A stretch of DNA of 63,527 bases, the filler included, from Aduncisulcus paluster (lineage: Eukaryota): assembly GCA_024181965.1 (NCBI GenBank). It is 21 parts of 21 records of this genome, joined end to end, with 100 filler letters (N's around TTAATTAATTAA, not from the genome) between each part and the next. Parts side by side here need not be neighbours in the genome. Positions count along the whole stretch, not along the records: positions 43,745 to 45,449 come from BQXS01012254.1; positions 45,550 to 46,605 come from BQXS01012255.1; positions 46,706 to 60,044 come from BQXS01012256.1; 18 more parts are not named here. One strand, given 5' to 3'. This document shows positions 43,745 through 56,430 of the stretch, piece after piece (position 1 is the stretch's first letter; the number at the start of each line of letters is the position of its first letter). The translations under genes and the position numbers were made by a program. The notes below the pieces were generated by a model. The model saw only the letters and a program-made list of their open reading frames with translations, ran no database searches and had not been told where the DNA came from.

Positions 43745-45449
43745 AGAAGAAGAATTTTTCAAACAAAGGAGGGAAGAAATAGAGCGAAAAATTATCGAAG
43801 AAGAAGAGAGACAAAAAATACGTGAAGAAACAGAAAAGAAAAGACGGATGGAAGAAGAAGAACGTCGCAAAGTCCGCCAAGAAGAGGAATTAAAACGCAT
43901 TAGAGAAGAAGAGCTTCGGAGAATTCGAGAGGAAGATGAAAGGAGAAGAAGGAGAGAGGAAGAGGAGAGGAGAAGAATTCACGAAGATGAAGAGAGAAAG
44001 AAAAGGAGAGAGGAAGAGGAAAGAAAGAGAAAAGAAGAGGAAAAAGAAAGAAAATTGAGAGAAGAGGAAGAAAGACGGATCATAGAAATAGAAACGCAAA
44101 AGAGAGAAGAAGAGCGACTTTTGCTTGAGAAAGAACGTGATAGTTTACAAAAACAGAAAGAATCGTTAGAATTGGAATGGGAAAAGAAACAAGAATGGTT
44201 GAAAAACGAACAGATTAAGTTTGAACAAGAAAAAGAAGAAGAAGAAAAGAGAAGGAAAGAAGGAGAAAGGAAGAGGAGAGAAGAAGAAGAGGAGAAAAAA
44301 AGAGGAAGAGAAGAATTGGAAAGTGAGAGATTTAAATCTGAACAAGAAAATCAAGAAAAAGAAGAAGAAAGAAGGAGAAGAAGAGGAGAGGAAGAAGAGA
44401 GAAGAAAGCGTGAAGAAGAGGAAAGAAAAGAGGAAGAAAGAAAACTATTTTTGCTTGAAAAATCCAAATTCCAAGATGAAAGATCTAAATTATTAGAATT
44501 GCAGGCCAAATTGGAAGAGAAAGAGCAGTTNNNNNNNNNNNNNNNNNNNNAGAAATAGAAACGCAAAAGAGAGAAGAAGAGCGACTTTTGCTTGAGAAAG
44601 AACGTGATAGTTTACAAAAACAGAAAGAATCGTTAGAATTGGAATGGGAAAAGAAACAAGAATGGTTGAAAAACGAACAGATTAAGTTTGAACAAGAAAA
44701 AGAAGAAGAAGAAAAGAGAAGGAAAGAAGGAGAAAGGAAGAGGAGAGAAGAAGAAGAGGAGAAAAAAAGAGGAAGAGAAGAATTGGAAAGTGAGAGATTT
44801 AAATCTGAACAAGAAAATCAAGAAAAAGAAGAAGAAAGAAGGAGAAGAAGAGGAGAGGAAGAAGAGAGAAGAAAGCGTGAAGAAGAGGAAAGAAAAGAGG
44901 AAGAAAGAAAACTATTTTTGCTTGAAAAATCCAAATTCCAAGATGAAAGATCTAAATTATTAGAATTGCAGGCCAAATTGGAAGAGAAAGAGCAGTTATT
45001 GATCAAAATGCAAGAAGAGGAAAAATTAAAATTAGAACAATTAAAAATTGAAGAAATTGAAAGAGAAGAGAGAAGGAAAAAAGAGGAAGATGAAAGGAAA
45101 AGAAGAGAAGAAGAAGAGGAGGAAGAAAGGAGAAAAGAAATAGAGAAAAGAAAGAAAGAGGAAGAGGAAGAAGAGAAGTGGAGAAAAGAAGAGGAAGAAA
45201 AAAGGCAAAGAAAGGAAGAAGAAGAGCGAAGAAAGCGTGAAGAAGAGGAGAAGAAAAGAATAGAAATTGAAGAAAAAAGGAGAGAAGAAGAGCGACTTTT
45301 GCTTGAGAAAGAACGTGATAGTTTACAAAAACAGAAAGAGTTGTTAGAATTGGAATGGGAAAAGAAACAAGAATGGTTGAAAAACGAACAGATTAAGTTT
45401 GAACAAGAAAAAGAAGAAGAAGAGAAGAGAAGGAAAGAAGAGGAAGAGG
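43745..45449 (+). CDS. E/R/K-rich charged single-alpha-helix (trichohyalin-like) protein fragment
   Basis: EEEERRKR repeats. 44084-44530 is duplicated at 44551-44997 across a 20-N gap. A diverged genuine repeat of LLLEKERDSLQKQKE..LEWEKKQEW lies near 45290-45445. Confidence 0.8.
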
Positions 45450-45549
45450 NNNNNNNNNNNNNNNNNNNNNNNNNNNNNNNNNNNNNNNNNNNNTTAATTA
45501 ATTAANNNNNNNNNNNNNNNNNNNNNNNNNNNNNNNNNNNNNNNNNNNN

Positions 45550-45905
45550 AGATCACCACTGGCCTGATCACTCGACCCATCCGAGGTGCTATCAGACGAA
45601 CTGTCAGACTCACACAATCCCGTGGAAGAGTTGTACGTCTCCTTTGAGCCCAAGTACTTTGTGCTGCAATCAACAGCATCACACACACCTGTCGTAGAGT
45701 TGAACGTCTGATCCTTCGTGCAAACACTCACACAAAATTGGACACCATCGGGGTCGACATAGTAATTGTTGGGCGAAATACAATCAGATGGCGACAAGAT
45801 TTCAACAGAGATCGTGGAAACGAATGGAAGAGTAATAAAGGGAAATAATATCACGAGAGATATGCATGCGATGCATGGAAGAAAAGTGGAAATGTGATAA
45901 TTCAT
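45550..45905 (-). CDS. Cys-rich secreted/surface protein N-terminus
   Basis: ATG at 45905, hydrophobic leader, two FNSTTGVC/YNSSTGLC motifs; truncated. Confidence 0.65.
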
Positions 45906-46705
45906 GAGATAATAAATAAGATGATTCAAATTATCAGAACAATCGTATTAAAAGATGGAAATATCGCACGTGATAATATGAACAATGTAAAAATAAGCAA
46001 CAAGAACACATTCAATGATCACAGACACGACCAGGGAGAGGGGTAAAAAAAAAAAATGTCAAATTTTGGGTGATGGAAAGACAAAAAATTTGGAAATTTC
46101 AAAATTTGGAGATTCGAGTGAAGTGATGTGCACGTGGGATTCATGAATAGAATATAAATAACGATTCTATGCAAAACCATGTGATATGCGGGGTATGGTG
46201 GTATTAAGAACATGGTCCAGGAATAAAGATGGAGAAACGCGGATCTGTGAAATATCCGGGATAGATGGATGATATCAGGAATGAAACATAAAACGATAGT
46301 TAAAGAAATGAAATGTATTATTCTTGTATAACCACAAATCGAACGTGAAACGCATCACTTTGGTTATAGCACGAATGCGGACGGTGGCATGGGAGATAAA
46401 GTGGAAAGATCTCAACCTTACATAAGATAATGGATCCTCGCGGGGAGTATGTCTGTAGTGATATCCAGCAATGCCTGCCAGAAGTGGTTTTTGGATAATC
46501 ATCATCATGATGATCATCGAGCATGATTATGTCCACTCAGTGAGCAGAAACATCAATTATTCCTTCCATGCACACAGGTATGGCGATCGGATAAGCACAG
46601 ATATANNNNNNNNNNNNNNNNNNNNNNNNNNNNNNNNNNNNNNNNNNNNTTAATTAATTAANNNNNNNNNNNNNNNNNNNNNNNNNNNNNNNNNNNNNNN
46701 NNNNN

Positions 46706-49068
46706 CCTTTCTCTCTTTTCTCCATGAATCTTCACTCTGCGGGCACACTCACAACCACTCTGACACACAGCCAGCAAGAGAGACAAGAAAGGCGGTGGCG
46801 GAAGGGGAGGGGAAGTTTTACCTTTGACATATCGTGTGAGCAAGGCAAAGAGATTGATTGAAAAACCCGATAGTGATGAAAAAAGGAGAGAAGATAACGG
46901 AATTGAAGGCAATGTCGCCAAAGATGAGAGAGAGAGGAGATAAGGAGAGAAAGGCGAGGAGAAGGGAGGAGGAAGCACGGATGAACCCATACTAAGAGAA
47001 ACACGACTTGGTGAAGAAGATGGATTATTAGTATTGCCGTTCTTTGCACGTCTTCCTTTTTTCCCCCAACCAACTAACCCAGAAACACTGTCTCTATTAT
47101 TATACAACAGAGTGAGAAGGTTGTGGAATGGAGATAAGGAAGAGGACAGAGTGTTTGAGGCGATTGAAGGATGGGGAGAAAGAGAGGGTGAGAGAGAGGA
47201 GGGGGTTGATATATTCGAAGTGGATGTAGAACTCTGGGTGGCAGTGTGATGAACGAGTAATCCACCTGCAGTCTGGGGAGACCCACTTACACCAGAAGAT
47301 GCAGTGGATACGACTACCTGGTCAGAATCTACATGTACATCTTTGAGGAGCAAATCTTTCCGATGAAGCTCTGCCTTTAATCTCGTCACTTCATCTCTTA
47401 AATGTTTCAATTGAAGATCAATGGCAACAACTCTCACAGGCTTGTTCACAATAGTTCTTGCTCGAGCGGCATATTGGAGGGTGCTTCCACTTTCATCGTT
47501 GCATTTGAAGTGAGGATTCACACAAGCGATCATCACAGTTCTGTTATTGCCTCCAAGTGAGTCCTGAAGCAGCCTTGTGAGCTTGGAATCTCTGTATGGA
47601 ATATGCCTCACAGATGCTCCATGATTGAATCCTTTGGCTAAAGCTGAAATAACATTACCGAGGGCCAACAAACCTGCGTTAATACTGACCATCTCTTTGA
47701 AACGAACGCCTTGCTTGTGCTTAATGTGACTGATACTATGCGCACGCTCAGAACCAGCCAAATCGACAACATGGAGTTTACAAGCTATGAAAGTGGAGGA
47801 AGGAGAAGATGTGGACGATTCTCCCGATTCATGAACAGATCCGGGGGTTCCTGTTCCGGTTTCATCGTCATCATTAATACGTTTCTCAAGGAGCAAGGAG
47901 AATATTGAGTGAGAACGACTACTGCGCTTGTTGGCTGCCGTCTCGGCCGTCACTCTCTTGCGCACTGCCCATTCAAACAGCCTTACAGTCTCGTGGTAGG
48001 AGTGCACAGTGACTTCTTCTGCTCCGAGAACACGGATGTGGGGTGGGTTGGAAGAAGAGAGAGCAGAAGTCGAATGCTTCTCAACAATGGTCACTTTGGG
48101 GAGAAATGAAGAGGAAGAGGATGAGGAGGAAGATGATGAGGAAGTGGATTGAGTGTCAATTTGATCATCATCAAAAGCACTAGCCTTAGCTTCTTCCTTA
48201 GCAGTCCAACCACGGAGTAGATCACGGATTTCCTCGTTATACACCTCAATAAACATCACACGAACATTGAAATCAGATTCTGGCAGAAGAGATAAGTGGT
48301 TCCAGATGTGCGAGAGAGTACGATATAACACACCATTATTGAAGGGGAATGATGAGGAAGCGGGCGAAACAGATGCAGATCTGCGCTTCCTAAATGAATT
48401 AGGGGACAGTGCATCGGGAGCACCTGATGACGAGGAAGTAATTGGAGCTTTCTCAGGAATACTGGAGGTAGAGTCCGAGGAGGAAGGACGAGAGTGAAGG
48501 TGAATAGGTGGGGGAGATCCTTTTCGCATCATAAAATGGGAAGATTCCTTACTATCCGAGGAATGTGGGCGTTTTTGCCATGAATAAATTGGACGTTTTT
48601 TCTTTTTCAAATATTCAATATTACTAAACTTTTCACCGAAAGTAGTGTATGTTTTACCACTTCCAGTTTGACCATATGCCAGACATGTGCATGAATAACC
48701 TTTTAAAAACTGTTTAACCGTTGGCAATATGGCTATATCAAAAAATTCTTCTTGGGAGGTGTCTTGATCAAATACATTATCGAAATTAAATATTTTGGAT
48801 GTAAATTTCCCTGCTATTTTCTGTTTTATACTAATCTGAGTCTTAGAAAGCACATCAATCTGTGTCGGCTCATCAGGGAGAATAGGTCTATGAAAAATAA
48901 TAAGTTTGAAGGGAAATTATTAATTAATAGTGCAAATTAAGAAAATTTATAACATTTAAACAGATTAATTTACCATAGATAATGAATAAATGGAAAAACG
49001 ATATAGAAACGATTAAAGGATACATACCGACATCTAACAACGACTTTAATATTAGTATCATTATTCAT
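46706..49068 (-). CDS. Kinesin, kinesin-4-like (KIF4/7/21/27 family), two exons, 3'-truncated
   Basis: Spliced N-terminus MNNDTNIKVVVRCRP; AYGQTGSGKTYT, SSRSHSIF, VDLAGSER, INAGLLALGNVISAL, HIPYRDSKLTRLLQDSLGGN. Confidence 0.95.
48888..49027 (-). other. Spliceosomal intron (140 nt, phase 2)
   Basis: GTATGT...TTTCATAG. Removal restores the conserved kinesin VVVRCRP motif. Confidence 0.95.
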
Positions 49069-49374
49069 CTTGAGATTTGGGGGTATAAATATTTCCCAAA
49101 CTCTATTGTTGAGGCAAAGACGCAAATTCTGTGGTTTGTGATTTATTTGGATAAAATTGTTTGAAAAATCAATTTACTAAGGTAAAAATCAAAAGTTTAA
49201 CGCTAAAATTGAACAAAAACATAAAAAATTACAATATTAACACTCGATTGGAAAAAAACTATGACAAAGACGACACGATACGCAAAAAAAAAATACTCAT
49301 AAAATATCCATAAACCATGAAATTAAGAAATGATAAACGAAAGATCACCCGATATTCCCAATGAATTAAAGGGA

Positions 49375-50292
49375 TCACAAAGAATTTTCTTGGGCTTGAG
49401 AATATTTCCTTAACTCCACGGCATATTTAATTACAAATATCGTGACGAACACCGTTAATATCCCAATAATCAACATAAAGAATATTGTAATCGCAAAAAA
49501 CGCAAATAAGAAGAGAGAACCACCCTTGTACGATTTGACCTGTTCGACCATATCATGATCCAAATATAGATTAGCAAGATCAACTTCAAGCCATGCCACC
49601 GATGAAAAGAGGATAAGGGCCAGAACAGAATGAATAAATCGAGTAAATATCAAGGGGCATTCAGCGTGGAACAATTGACACAAAATACCGCTTAATGTCG
49701 TGATAAAAAGAGAAGCAAGCCCTCCAACCATTAAATATGAGTACGATTTCATATGCATCACATCATCCTGACCAGTGTTCAGATAATAGGGTAAAAAACA
49801 ACCCAAAGAAAACATGAGAAGGATGAAATAAATACAAAACCCACCAATTTCAATGGCTGGATTTTTTGTCTCTTTCATACCTTTTTGACCAGGTAACGAT
49901 GGACCAGTTACATTGGAATCGTTTGAAATGGTATTTAGACTATCGGCTCGGGCAACATGAGGAGAAACTTGTTGTGGGTATATAATGGGGTCTGATAATT
50001 CTCTATCGGGAGTTTGTCGAGTGTTTGATTGGCGGAGGCCCTTTGATAGTGGATTTTTTTCGAGAGGGAGGGTTGATGGTGAAACCGGAGGAAACTTAGG
50101 AAAATCAATATCTGAAGCAGTATCTTCCTTCTCTTTTTCTTCTTCTTCTTCTGAATATTGGTATGAATAGTCACTTTCGAACACATGATCGAGGTCTTCG
50201 AGTGATATTGCAATAGATCGTAACCCGCCTTTAATCACGATTGGTTTATCACTACCACCGTCAAATTCATCACTATTTTCTTCTTGACTCAT
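49375..50292 (-). CDS. Membrane protein with an acidic N-terminus and four C-terminal TM helices
   Basis: 305-aa ATG-initiated ORF with four hydrophobic segments. Confidence 0.75.
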   Translation of the reverse strand: MSQEENSDEFDGGSDKPIVIKGGLRSIAISLEDLDHVFESDYSYQYSEEEEEKEKEDTASDIDFPKFPPVSPSTLPLEKNPLSKGLRQSNTRQTPDRELSDPIIYPQQVSPHVARADSLNTISNDSNVTGPSLPGQKGMKETKNPAIEIGGFCIYFILLMFSLGCFLPYYLNTGQDDVMHMKSYSYLMVGGLASLFITTLSGILCQLFHAECPLIFTRFIHSVLALILFSSVAWLEVDLANLYLDHDMVEQVKSYKGGSLFLFAFFAITIFFMLIIGILTVFVTIFVIKYAVELRKYSQAQENSL

Positions 50293-51092
50293 TTAATACA
50301 CTCTCAAATGATGGTAATAATTTTCTTTTGCCATCAAGAATGTGATTTATGTTTCGAACTGATGGGCAAGATCAAATAATGATCATAATCAACAAATAGA
50401 TTTTACCAAAAAATGGAAAGAAAACAAACATTATTTCACCATGATTGAGTGATTTTTATTTTGCCTAGTAGAACAATACAAACTTTGAATTTCTTGAAGT
50501 AACAAAGAGAAAGTAACGAATAGTGCCTCAATAAACACAAAATCGTGCGAATAATGGAAGGATCATGAGGAAAACCAATAATAACTGGTAGATTGCTGCA
50601 ACTACCTTCAAAATAAAAATATAAAAGTAAAAAATTATAAAAGAAAAAGCAACTATGAAAATTCTAAAAGAAAGCAAGAATTAAGAGATAGAGATGGAAC
50701 GCAAATCACTTCTAGATTGAGAAATGCAGAGAATTCTTTGATACTTATTAACAAACAACAACATAAAAATCATTCATAACATAAAACAATATTAAGTTAT
50801 TGTTATTATATATTTTTTTTGTGAGAATAATATTACTTCTATTGAAGAACGTTAAATGATATACTCTGCAGGAATTGGATCATATTGAAGGTATGGGGCT
50901 GAAGCTTTAGGTTCCTTTGTCTTCTTCTTCCTCCTCTTCTTACCTCTGGAGTCAGCACGGGGNNNNNNNNNNNNNNNNNNNNTACTTATTAACAAACAAC
51001 AACATAAAAATCATTCATAACATAAAACAATATTAAGTTATTGTTATTATATATTTTTTTTGTGAGAATAATATTACTTCTATTGAAGAACG

Positions 51093-51923
51093 TTAAATGA
51101 TATACTCTGCAGGAATTGGATCATATTGAAGGTATGGGGCTGAAGCTTTAGGTTCCTTTGTCTTCTTCTTCCTCCTCTTCTTACCTCTGGAGTCAGCACG
51201 GGGTGGGGCAGCGTACATTGGCATCATTTGGCCGTATTGTGCAGGTTGGACAAGCATCATAGTGGGACGAGGAGCAACCATCATTGGCTGTTGAATCATG
51301 ACAGGTTGCGGAGCAGGACGTTGGACTTTAGCAAGTTCAGCAGTGATATCATCCATTTTCCACCCAGATCCACCAGAACAGAAGGGTTCTAAGGTGACCT
51401 TGTCTTTATAACTTGAAAGGAAGAGAGGTTGAAGATCACCAGAAGCCTTTGGAACGGCAGAAGGGGCAAATAAACGGGCAGGAATACTAGAGGGAATCTG
51501 AGGAATCGCAGTTGCTGCCTTTACCATAGGTTTAGTTGGACAGGCCATTGCTAATCCAAGAGAGTAAGGTCCAGATGTTTGTCCCATCTGGAAGGGATAA
51601 AACAGACCAACTGTGGGATCCTGTTTCCGCATATGCTTCAAGTTTGGTTCAGGGGTGAGAGCCAGTTGATAATCTCCATTTTTATCCTTTGATCCGGGCT
51701 TGCAAATGACATATTTTTTAGAAGAAATACATTGCAATAAAAAGGGCGAAAACAGAAGGGGTACTCCAAGTTTAAGTGAAGGAAGTGCCCCTTTACAGAC
51801 AAGACAATGAAAATGGGTTGAAACCTCGAGGGATGATGGTTTCTTCACACACTCAACCTTGTCGATGGAAGAAGAAACACTTAAACGGTATTTCTTATTA
51901 TGAGAAAATGTATAAACATTCAT
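51093..51923 (-). CDS. Hypothetical protein with a P/Q/M-rich and basic C-terminus
   Basis: 276-aa ATG ORF. Its 3' end is repeated at 50742-50962 by the gap artefact. Confidence 0.75.
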   Translation of the reverse strand: MNVYTFSHNKKYRLSVSSSIDKVECVKKPSSLEVSTHFHCLVCKGALPSLKLGVPLLFSPFLLQCISSKKYVICKPGSKDKNGDYQLALTPEPNLKHMRKQDPTVGLFYPFQMGQTSGPYSLGLAMACPTKPMVKAATAIPQIPSSIPARLFAPSAVPKASGDLQPLFLSSYKDKVTLEPFCSGGSGWKMDDITAELAKVQRPAPQPVMIQQPMMVAPRPTMMLVQPAQYGQMMPMYAAPPRADSRGKKRRKKKTKEPKASAPYLQYDPIPAEYII

Positions 51924-52357
51924 TTCTATTTTAAATCATTTTGTTAAAGTGAGAAAATCAGTCAAGAAGAAAACTTGAGGAGATAATAATGTAAAACATA
52001 CTTGATTGTAAATAAGTTTGATTAAAGAGGGTAAATATGAACGATATATAATAATATCTGTTCCTAAAAGTTTTTTATGTGATGATGAGCGAAGAAATCC
52101 ACAGTAAACAATATTCACACCACTCCGACTGGGATAATTTTCGTTATCAGCCGAGATTTTTCATGCATCGGTGTTAATTCCAAATAGTGGTTAGGTTAGA
52201 ATAGAAATTCATTCTGTGAAAAATTTCAAAATAATGATATCTTAAGAAAATCTAAATCCATCGTGAACCTCCGCCACAGCATATTTTGATCCAGTGAACA
52301 AATTCAAAATCTCTACTATCGGAAATAGGATTCTAATTTTGTGAAGATTTGTTTGAA

Positions 52358-53086
52358 ATGGCAAAAGTATGTGGGAGTAACCTTGGTTTCTTTGTTTGTG
52401 TGATTGTGAACAACTTATTGTATTTATTCCAAATAATCTTGGAATTTAAGATTTTTTATAGTGAGCCTATCGATTATTATTCAGTTCTTGATGATTATAG
52501 TGCCCGATTGGGCCCTGTGGAAATTGACCACCGTTCTGTTGCACCCATCGACATTCTGCAATGCTCAGGATCATTTGAACACGGATCTTCAATGACTACC
52601 CTTGTATCATGCTTGGAAGGAAAGGGAGCAATGGTTTTCTTTCATAATCTGAGGATTTCGTTATCTGCTCCTTTCCCCATTAAATCAATATTATTATGCG
52701 GTTTTGGCCAGTATATGGCCATGAAATGCATAAAATGTCATTTTATTCTTGACATCGAACAGAAGGGTTCTGATGATGGGGAATTGAAAGATTTTTCTTC
52801 AACTGTCATTAGTTATGAAATACTGCAAATGGATGAGAATTCCTATGAATGGCACAGTATTCCTGTTGATATCGACCATGTGAAGGGATGTATTATTGAA
52901 TGTGTCTCGAATTATGAGGAGCCGTCCACTAACACAGGCTCTCTTTGTGGAATTCGATTTCTCATTGATCCTGAAAAAGAGAAGATACAAAGAGATTTAA
53001 AAGAAAAAAGTGAGAAAAAAGAGAAAATGAAAAGGGAAATTGTTGAATCAATTGAAAAACAATTTGAAGACATTTGGCACGTGTGA
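52358..53086 (+). CDS. Member of a lineage-expanded beta-sandwich-like domain family (W-H-x-[LI]-P-[IV]-D motif)
   Basis: LRISLSAPFPIKSILLC...YEWHSIPVDIDHVKGCIIE aligns by eye with 61797-62300. Possible stopless 84-nt intron at 52367-52450 (GTATGT..AAG). Confidence 0.65.
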   Translation: MAKVCGSNLGFFVCVIVNNLLYLFQIILEFKIFYSEPIDYYSVLDDYSARLGPVEIDHRSVAPIDILQCSGSFEHGSSMTTLVSCLEGKGAMVFFHNLRISLSAPFPIKSILLCGFGQYMAMKCIKCHFILDIEQKGSDDGELKDFSSTVISYEILQMDENSYEWHSIPVDIDHVKGCIIECVSNYEEPSTNTGSLCGIRFLIDPEKEKIQRDLKEKSEKKEKMKREIVESIEKQFEDIWHV

Positions 53087-53165
53087 GTAATTTGTAAATC
53101 TACCGATTTTTTATTTCTTTTATTGTTTTCAAATGACAATGATACGAATTTAATTTTTGACAATT

Positions 53166-53627
53166 TTAACAAGAACACTTACATTTTGTGAATATTGTTC
53201 TTCGATGAACTTCTGATATGGCTTTTGCAATCTTTTCTTCATTTTTTTCAATCCCCCGCATTATTGCGATACAAATACAATCTCTCAACTTCCTTGCCTC
53301 TGCTCTGAGAAAAATTGGACACGATTCCATTTCCATCTTCAATCGAGTGAGAATGTCAATGATCAAAATAGCCCCTTCTTCACAAGGAAATGATAAAAAT
53401 AGATTAACAATTGATATTACATTTGATTCTCCCCATTTTGAGATAATAATTAGACTTGGATCGGTTGATTTGCTCGTGATAATGTCGTGTGAATATTTGT
53501 CTTGTTTCAATTCTTTATCTTTTGAACAAAAGTATTTTTGAGCGTCATCGATTGATTTTATAATAGTTTCTGACTTTGGTACAGTTTTTTTGTGCGTAAT
53601 GTGTGATTTTGGCATTGGTTTCGACAT
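53166..53627 (-). CDS. Hypothetical protein (153 aa)
   Basis: ATG-initiated ORF between AT-rich spacers; no motif recognised. Confidence 0.6.
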   Translation of the reverse strand: MSKPMPKSHITHKKTVPKSETIIKSIDDAQKYFCSKDKELKQDKYSHDIITSKSTDPSLIIISKWGESNVISIVNLFLSFPCEEGAILIIDILTRLKMEMESCPIFLRAEARKLRDCICIAIMRGIEKNEEKIAKAISEVHRRTIFTKCKCSC

Positions 53628-54337
53628 TTTGAAATCTCAATAATAATATCAATGTTTCTTTGTATTATAAGTTAATTATTGATGATTCTAAATGTTATTT
53701 TTTGGTTATTGATTAGTGTTGATGTTTAGTTCTCCTTCAAAAAAACGAGTTTGCTCTCCGTGAGGGTTTTCCAAATCACTCTGATGTCACAATTCGATAA
53801 AATTATTCTCGCTTTGAATGGAATGAATAATGTTTTATGTTAACTATTAAGTTTAATTTTTGAATTTTTTGGTCTGATTTCATTTGAATTGCCCTTTTGT
53901 TGTTGCTTTCAGATATATTTTTAATCTCTTAGAAAATTTGATTTTTGATAGAGGTAAGGATCATTTTCAAATCGCTATGATTAAAAAAGCCTCTCTGATG
54001 CAGTAAACTCGATGGTTTTTTTTGGAATGTTGTGAGTTTGGCTGTTCTCGACATCTACGATGCCAATAGAAAATATTAATGATTTTTTTGACTTTTTTTC
54101 AAGTGCAGCACTTATTTATGCGTTACCTTTGATAAAAGAAGAAGTTGAACGGGATGTGTACGAAATTGTACAATATGATCAGAAATGTAACCATTTATTC
54201 ACTATTGATCCAGCTTCNNNNNNNNNNNNNNNNNNNNATCATTTTCAAATCGCTATGATTAAAAAAGCCTCTCTGATGCAGTAAACTCGATGGTTTTTTT
54301 TGGAATGTTGTGAGTTTGGCTGTTCTCGACATCTACG

Positions 54338-55627
54338 ATGCCAATAGAAAATATTAATGATTTTTTTGACTGTTTTTCAAGTGCAGCACTTATTTATGCG
54401 TTACCTTTGATAAAAGAAGAAGTTGAACGGGATGTGTACGAAATTGTACAATATGATCAGAAATGTAACCATTTATTCACTATTGATCCAGCTTCTTGGC
54501 CAGAAGCATATCATCCATCCTTACTTTCAAGTTCGATTGTGGTTTCTTCCAATACAGTCCATGATTTTAAAACCAAATCGTATCACTGTAAGTATTTGCA
54601 CATTTCTCTTGATGACGAATGCAAAACTCTTAAAACGTGTATTGTAGAGGTTGATCATATGCTGAGAATTGCGAAATTCTGTGAATTTGTAGGTGATAAG
54701 ATCCCTTCAGCTACTCTCTCTCTTCCGTATTTATTGTCTGTATTCCACTCATTATCCACTCTTTTTATCAACCCTGAGAAAGATCTTCACCAATCTCCTG
54801 ACATGAATATTGGCATTGCAATGTATTCCGTCCAGGAAGATGAGAAATGTGTTAGTTCTCATCCTGAAGAGAAAAAGGGAGAGAAAAAGGGAGAGGAAGA
54901 GGGAGATGGAGAGAAAGAAGAAGATGTTAGAGCGATTGATGATGTTGCTTCTGAAGTTCGTCCCGAGTCAAGTCCTTCCTTGAGTTCTCATATTATCATC
55001 AGGGTTGGCAAGGCTAAGGCTGGATTGATGTGGAAAACTGATACTAAACATGAAGAAAAAGATGAAAAAGATGAAGAAATTGGAGATATGATAGGAGAAG
55101 TTCCCCGGGGAGGAGAAGAGAAGGAGGAAGGAGAGAAGGAAGAAGACGAGGAAAAGAAGGAAGATAAAGAGGAAATTGGCCACGACAGTAAGGAAGCTAG
55201 ACTCGAAGCTAATGCATATGAATCCTGGATGTCAGACTGTGTATGCACGATCTGTCTCTCAAAATCATCTATCCCTGACTCTGAAGACGATTCCGTTTCA
55301 ATTTCTTCATCATTCCAATTCTCCTCGTTAGAAGAGAAAAAAGATGAGAAAGAAGTCCAATCATTCCATCATTTCGACCATAAATTTGGTCCATTCTCTG
55401 GCAATGTGACAATTCCCTCTGAGAGTATTTCCCATGATACTGTCATCAAGCAGCTCCATGATGTTCTTGCCCATGGTGTGGATGAAGTTGTTGAGGAACT
55501 TTCATCATTACACGTTAATGCTCGCCAGAAGAGAGTGAAGAAGCTGAAGGCAATTGGAATGGGATGCATGGTGTCTCCCAGTGACTTGGCTGCAGCTATG
55601 AGCAAAATGAAGAAGGGCAGGGTGTAA
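54338..55627 (+). CDS. Hypothetical acidic protein (429 aa)
   Basis: Long ATG ORF. The 54060 ORF is the duplicated gap flank of the same gene. Confidence 0.75.
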   Translation: MPIENINDFFDCFSSAALIYALPLIKEEVERDVYEIVQYDQKCNHLFTIDPASWPEAYHPSLLSSSIVVSSNTVHDFKTKSYHCKYLHISLDDECKTLKTCIVEVDHMLRIAKFCEFVGDKIPSATLSLPYLLSVFHSLSTLFINPEKDLHQSPDMNIGIAMYSVQEDEKCVSSHPEEKKGEKKGEEEGDGEKEEDVRAIDDVASEVRPESSPSLSSHIIIRVGKAKAGLMWKTDTKHEEKDEKDEEIGDMIGEVPRGGEEKEEGEKEEDEEKKEDKEEIGHDSKEARLEANAYESWMSDCVCTICLSKSSIPDSEDDSVSISSSFQFSSLEEKKDEKEVQSFHHFDHKFGPFSGNVTIPSESISHDTVIKQLHDVLAHGVDEVVEELSSLHVNARQKRVKKLKAIGMGCMVSPSDLAAAMSKMKKGRV

Positions 55628-56430
55628 ATCATTCCAATTGCCATGCAAACAAGATATGTTTGGATTTATTTTCATTTTTGATCAATATAAAAAGATCGAT
55701 ATAACTCGGAAAACAGCATAAAAATTTCCAATGTAATATGTATATATTTTGGGCGATATAGAAATTTTGTTGAGAAAAATTTAAGATACTCCATAAAAAT
55801 ATGGCATTCTTGTCGATATTTTGGATTAGAATGATATTTTGTTTGTTGTTGATCCGTTTTATCGCAAGCAGAACATACTTTGGTGGAAATTATCAATAAA
55901 AAAAATAAAAAAATAGGGGAAAAGAAAGGAGAATCCCAATTTTAGACGAGAGATTCAAGTATAGAAAGTTCAGGATAATGCTCAGGAGAGATTCAAAGNN
56001 NNNNNNNNNNNNNNNNNNTCTTGTCGATATTTTGGATTAGAATGATATTTTGTTTGTTGTTGATCCGTTTTATCGCAAGCAGAACATACTTTGGTGGAAA
56101 TTATCAATAAAAAAAATAAAAAAATAGGGGAAAAGAAAGGAGAATCCCAATTTTAGACGAGAGATTCAAGTATAGAAAGTTCAGGATAATGCTCAGGAGA
56201 GATTCAAAGTAATATCTTTGAAGGATTTCTATGGAACCATTGATAAAAATAATTATTCCAAAATAGATACAATCCAAAACATATGTACATAATAGTAGTC
56301 GTGTCTGGGATACCAGATGGAAGATGGAAACGGAATACAAGAGGAGGAGGGAAAAATAAAAAATAAAAAATTACAACATCAAAGAAGCTTGAATTATGAT
56401 TAATATTTATGTGTTGCTAATTGTGTTCTT

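Noticed and set aside
43689..45006. Poly-Phe/Ser and poly-Lys ORFs in alternative frames
   Set aside because: Frame and strand shadows of the GAA/AGA-rich charged-helix gene.
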